This document shows, piece by piece, positions 7,303 to 10,038 of a stretch of DNA of 10,038 nucleotides. A model generated the notes under the pieces. The model was not told where the DNA came from. It ran no database searches and saw only the letters and a list, made by a program, of their open reading frames with translations. Each line of letters starts with the position of its first letter. Position 1 is the stretch's first letter. This DNA comes from a candidate division WOR-3 bacterium (GTDB lineage: Bacteria > Hydrothermota > Hydrothermia > Hydrothermales > Hydrothermaceae), in NCBI GenBank assembly GCA_039803745.1, contig JBDRZD010000055.1, positions 1 to 10,038 of the forward strand, given 5' to 3'. The position numbers and the translations under genes are program-made.

Positions 7303-8193
7303 TTAAATTGAAAACTTAAAAAAATTTCCTTTTACCTTTATAAAAACTTTTTCTTCTCTTATCTCGTATATCTCTCCATCAAGATGAAAATTATAATAAT
7401 TTTCACTTTCAATTTCAATCGGGTTTCCAAAATACCCATAAATGCAATAAGGATCATTTATGTGGGTTCCCATAATCGCCTTTGGCAATTTTTTTAATAT
7501 TTCAATTTTTTTCATTTTTTTTATTATTGAAACATCAATTTTACCATCAGATGGATCTGCAAGTGGTGTTAGTTTAAATCCACCACCCACATATTTACCA
7601 TTTCCAAAGGTTATTAAAGTTATTTCACCTTCATATTCAAAATCATGGGATTTTATCTTAACTTTTATTGGCTTAAAATCCTTTAAAACTAAAAATAAAG
7701 AAATCAAGTATCTTAAAATACCTTTTAAAACTCTCAATTCTTCAGATTTTTTTGCAGTCATTGAATCTATACCAAAACCGCATCCATTTAAAAAAACAAA
7801 CTTTTTATCTTTGCTTTCAAGAATTCCTGCATCAAAATATTTTTCCTTACCAAAGAAGGCTTTTTCCATCTTTTCATAAAAGGGAAGATTTCTTTCATAT
7901 ATTCCCCTTACAAAATCATTCCCACAGCCTACAGGTATCATTCCAATTGTTTTATCTATATTTAAATCAACACCTACCTGAAGTGCATTGTTCAAAGTTC
8001 CATCTCCACCAACAAGGACAATTCTTTCACACTTTTCAAGAAATTCAATAAATTTTTCTTTCCCTTCCTCTTTACTCTTTGTTATTTCAATTTTACATTT
8101 TAATTTTTTTTCATTTATAAAATCTTGAATGTATTTGAGTTTCTTAATCCCTTTCCCATTTCCTGCATAAGGATTTATTATTACCCCTATCAT
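7303..8193 (-). CDS. diacylglycerol kinase family lipid kinase (YegS/BmrU/DgkB-like)
   Basis: IINPYAGNG, VGGDGT, IPVGCGNDF, FLNGCGFGIDS, NGKYVGGGFKLTPLADPSDGKID and LDGE. The start is moved to ATG 8193 (MIGVIINP), which overlaps the upstream stop as ATGA. Confidence 0.92.
   Translation of the reverse strand: MIGVIINPYAGNGKGIKKLKYIQDFINEKKLKCKIEITKSKEEGKEKFIEFLEKCERIVLVGGDGTLNNALQVGVDLNIDKTIGMIPVGCGNDFVRGIYERNLPFYEKMEKAFFGKEKYFDAGILESKDKKFVFLNGCGFGIDSMTAKKSEELRVLKGILRYLISLFLVLKDFKPIKVKIKSHDFEYEGEITLITFGNGKYVGGGFKLTPLADPSDGKIDVSIIKKMKKIEILKKLPKAIMGTHINDPYCIYGYFGNPIEIESENYYNFHLDGEIYEIREEKVFIKVKGNFFKFSI
7390..7418 (-). promoter_or_regulatory. candidate internal sigma70 promoter for citrate synthase, within the lipid kinase CDS
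   Basis: The minus strand reads TTGAAA (7418..7413)-N17-TATAAT (7395..7390), about 100 bp upstream of the gltA ATG. Confidence 0.5.
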
Positions 8194-8993
8194 AGGATTG
8201 TTATATAAATATACCTTGCAATTGTGTAAATCCATATTAAAGGAATTGATATTAATTTTTCAAGTAAATTTTTATAAATATAAAAATATTTAGAAGCTCC
8301 CCTACCCCAATCAAGATATTTTCTCCCCAAAATAAATTTTGTTTTTAAAGAACTTTTTCCCCTTTCATGATAAAAAATGATTTCAGGTGAAAAAATTGCT
8401 TTAATATTTTTCCTTTTTGCCCTTTCCATGAATTCCACATCTGTAAAATAAATAAAAAATCTTTCATCAAAACCACTTAATTTTTCAAAAATTTCCCTTT
8501 TAATGAATATTGAAGAAAACATTGGTTGCGGGACTTCTTGGATCTTTGTATAATCAAACTTTTTTTTCCATAAAAAAGGGAGCAAAAATCCTAAAAGGGA
8601 TGGGAATTCCCTTATTGAATCCTCAATCTCTTTATTTTCCTTTAAAATAAGAGGTGCAACAATTCCATAATTTTCCACAATTTTTCTTAATTTAGAAATT
8701 TCAAAATTTAAGGGAAAAGAGTCAGGATTTAAAAAAAGTAATATTTTTCCCTTTGAATTTTTAAATCCAATATTATTTGCTTTTGCATAGCCCTTATTTT
8801 TATTTAAAAAAATCTTTTTAATTTCCTTTTCATTTTTTAAAATTTCCCTTGTTCCATCCTTTGAAAAATTATCAACAATTATTATTTCTGCATCCTTTAT
8901 TTTCTTTACTTCTTTTAAAAATTCCCTTATCACTTCTTTACTATTATATGTAACTGTTATTATTGAAAATTCAAATTCCTTTGATATATTCAT
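8190..8993 (-). CDS. glycosyltransferase family 2 (GT-A fold, WbbL/rhamnosyltransferase-like)
   Basis: SIITVTYNS, IVDNFSKDGT, NKGYAKANNIG, LFLNPD and GFDERFFIYFTDVE. The likely start is ATG 8993 (MNISKEFEFSII), giving a 23-bp overlap with the upstream gene. The start position is uncertain. Confidence 0.88.
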   Translation of the reverse strand: MNISKEFEFSIITVTYNSKEVIREFLKEVKKIKDAEIIIVDNFSKDGTREILKNEKEIKKIFLNKNKGYAKANNIGFKNSKGKILLFLNPDSFPLNFEISKLRKIVENYGIVAPLILKENKEIEDSIREFPSLLGFLLPFLWKKKFDYTKIQEVPQPMFSSIFIKREIFEKLSGFDERFFIYFTDVEFMERAKRKNIKAIFSPEIIFYHERGKSSLKTKFILGRKYLDWGRGASKYFYIYKNLLEKLISIPLIWIYTIARYIYITIL

Positions 8994-10038
8994 ATATTTT
9001 TTCTGCACATTCCTTCCATGTATTTCCACTAAATTCTATATTAATTTCTTTTGTTTTTAATTCTTCTATAATCTTTATTGCCTTTTCTATTTCCTCTTTT
9101 GAAAAATAAAACCCCTTATTCCTTTCCTTTAAAACTCTTTCAAGATATATTCCCTTTGGTGCAATACATAAAATAGGTATATCATAGGCGCAGTATTCAA
9201 AAAATCTGCTTGGAGCAGTATAATCGCCTATTTTGTCAAATACAAGTAAAAAAAGATTTGCATATTTTAATAAGTTCTTAAGATTTTTATAAGAAACAAA
9301 TCCATGATAATTGATAAAATTTTTAATGTCCTCTGGCAAATTTTCTGGCATAATTCCTGCATAATGGATTTCCACATCCTTTAAATTTTTGATTTCTCTT
9401 ACAAGTTTTATAAATGAATCCTGAGCATCTTTTAAAGTTCCTGTATAAAAAATTTTAAATTTTTCCTTATTCTTTTCACTTTTTACCCTTTCTTCATATC
9501 CATGTTCAGCAACTATTCCTTTTATTTTAAATTTTTCCATTAAGCCTTCATAAGAATAAACTATCCCATTGGCATTTTTTAAAATTTCTAAAATTTCCTT
9601 TTCCTTTCTTTCATTTTTTGAAAGCCATTCATCCCTTAATTCAATTAAAAGTTTTGAATTAAAAAAATTTTTGAGTTTATATCCGAGAATTATTGAAGAA
9701 GGGGGAGGAGAAGAAACATATATTAGTTTAACATTTTTAAATCTTTTTTTTATATAAATTTCTGCTAAATATCTCCATAAAAATTTTGAATCAATAAAAA
9801 ATTTTTTCCCATTTTTTCCCTTTATTTTTCCACCAATTAAAAATCCAATCGGGTCAAAAATTCTTATGATATTTAAATTTTCAACATCTTCTAAAAGACT
9901 TTTATCATATACCCAGTGTTTTGTTTTAGAAGATATTACAAAAAAGTCCATTTTTTCTTTCAAATATTTTGCAATCTTGCATGCCCTTATGCTTCCTGAC
10001 ATTCCATGGGGAGGAAAATAGTAAAATATAAAGAGATT
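8971..10038 (-). CDS. glycosyltransferase, GT-B fold (family 4-like), 5' end beyond the window
   Basis: The frame stays open from ATG 10002 to the window edge, reading NLFIFYYFPPHG-MSGSIR, which matches the YYFPP..G.G..R N-terminal motif of GT4-like enzymes. Other motifs: SSPPPS, ELRDEW, IFYTGT, GFVSY, and PSRFFEY...DIPIL. Confidence 0.85.
   Translation of the reverse strand, partial: NLFIFYYFPPHGMSGSIRACKIAKYLKEKMDFFVISSKTKHWVYDKSLLEDVENLNIIRIFDPIGFLIGGKIKGKNGKKFFIDSKFLWRYLAEIYIKKRFKNVKLIYVSSPPPSSIILGYKLKNFFNSKLLIELRDEWLSKNERKEKEILEILKNANGIVYSYEGLMEKFKIKGIVAEHGYEERVKSEKNKEKFKIFYTGTLKDAQDSFIKLVREIKNLKDVEIHYAGIMPENLPEDIKNFINYHGFVSYKNLKNLLKYANLFLLVFDKIGDYTAPSRFFEYCAYDIPILCIAPKGIYLERVLKERNKGFYFSKEEIEKAIKIIEELKTKEINIEFSGNTWKECAEKIYEYIKGI

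Noticed and set aside
7460..7879. 139-aa plus-strand ORF antisense to the lipid kinase
   Set aside because: Antisense shadow of a conserved gene with no recognisable features.
8194..8235. ORF-track N-terminal extension of the lipid kinase (MDLHNCKVYLYNNP)
   Set aside because: The family domain begins at MIGVIINP, and ATG 8193 gives the typical ATGA overlap.
8994..9029. ORF-track N-terminal extension of the GT2 (MEIHGRNVQKKY)
   Set aside because: It would create a 59-bp overlap. The GT2 domain starts at SIITVTYN, so ATG 8993 is more plausible.
357..9757. Other short antisense ORFs (357-662, 2105-2314, 2630-2935, 3684-3935, 3939-4169, 4138-4359, 4682-4957, 5047-5310, 6039-6224, 7752-8051, 9569-9757)
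   Set aside because: All lie opposite confidently identified genes, and their composition reflects the sense-strand codon bias.
10000..10002. ATG 10002 as start of the GT4-like gene
   Set aside because: The open frame continues to the window edge and contains the conserved YYFPP motif, so the true start lies beyond the window.
1..10038. CRISPR array, tandem repeats, riboswitches or intrinsic terminators
   Set aside because: No regularly spaced repeats or GC-rich hairpin plus U-tract were seen, and intergenic gaps are too short and AT-rich for structured leaders.

Overview
A very gene-dense, AT-rich bacterial chromosomal window. Lys/Glu/Ile-rich proteins suggest a thermophile, but the taxon cannot be assigned from this sequence alone. 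It begins with tRNA-Asn(GTT) on the minus strand. Divergent from it is a tightly coupled plus-strand operon: NatA/NatB-like ABC-2 exporter, nikR, and a 2TM+RCK potassium-channel-family gene. This converges, with a 1-bp gap, on a long minus-strand run: GT4-like glycosyltransferase (5' end outside the window), GT2 glycosyltransferase, diacylglycerol-kinase-family lipid kinase, eukaryotic-type citrate synthase, acpP, fabF, recA. I see no mobile element, CRISPR array or defence system, and no clearly new system; most content is housekeeping. The most interesting points are the eukaryotic-type citrate synthase with a candidate promoter embedded in the upstream gene, the ABC exporter-NikR-channel operon whose channel has a non-canonical TVGFRE filter, and a recA with a deviant Walker A that is translationally coupled to fabF.
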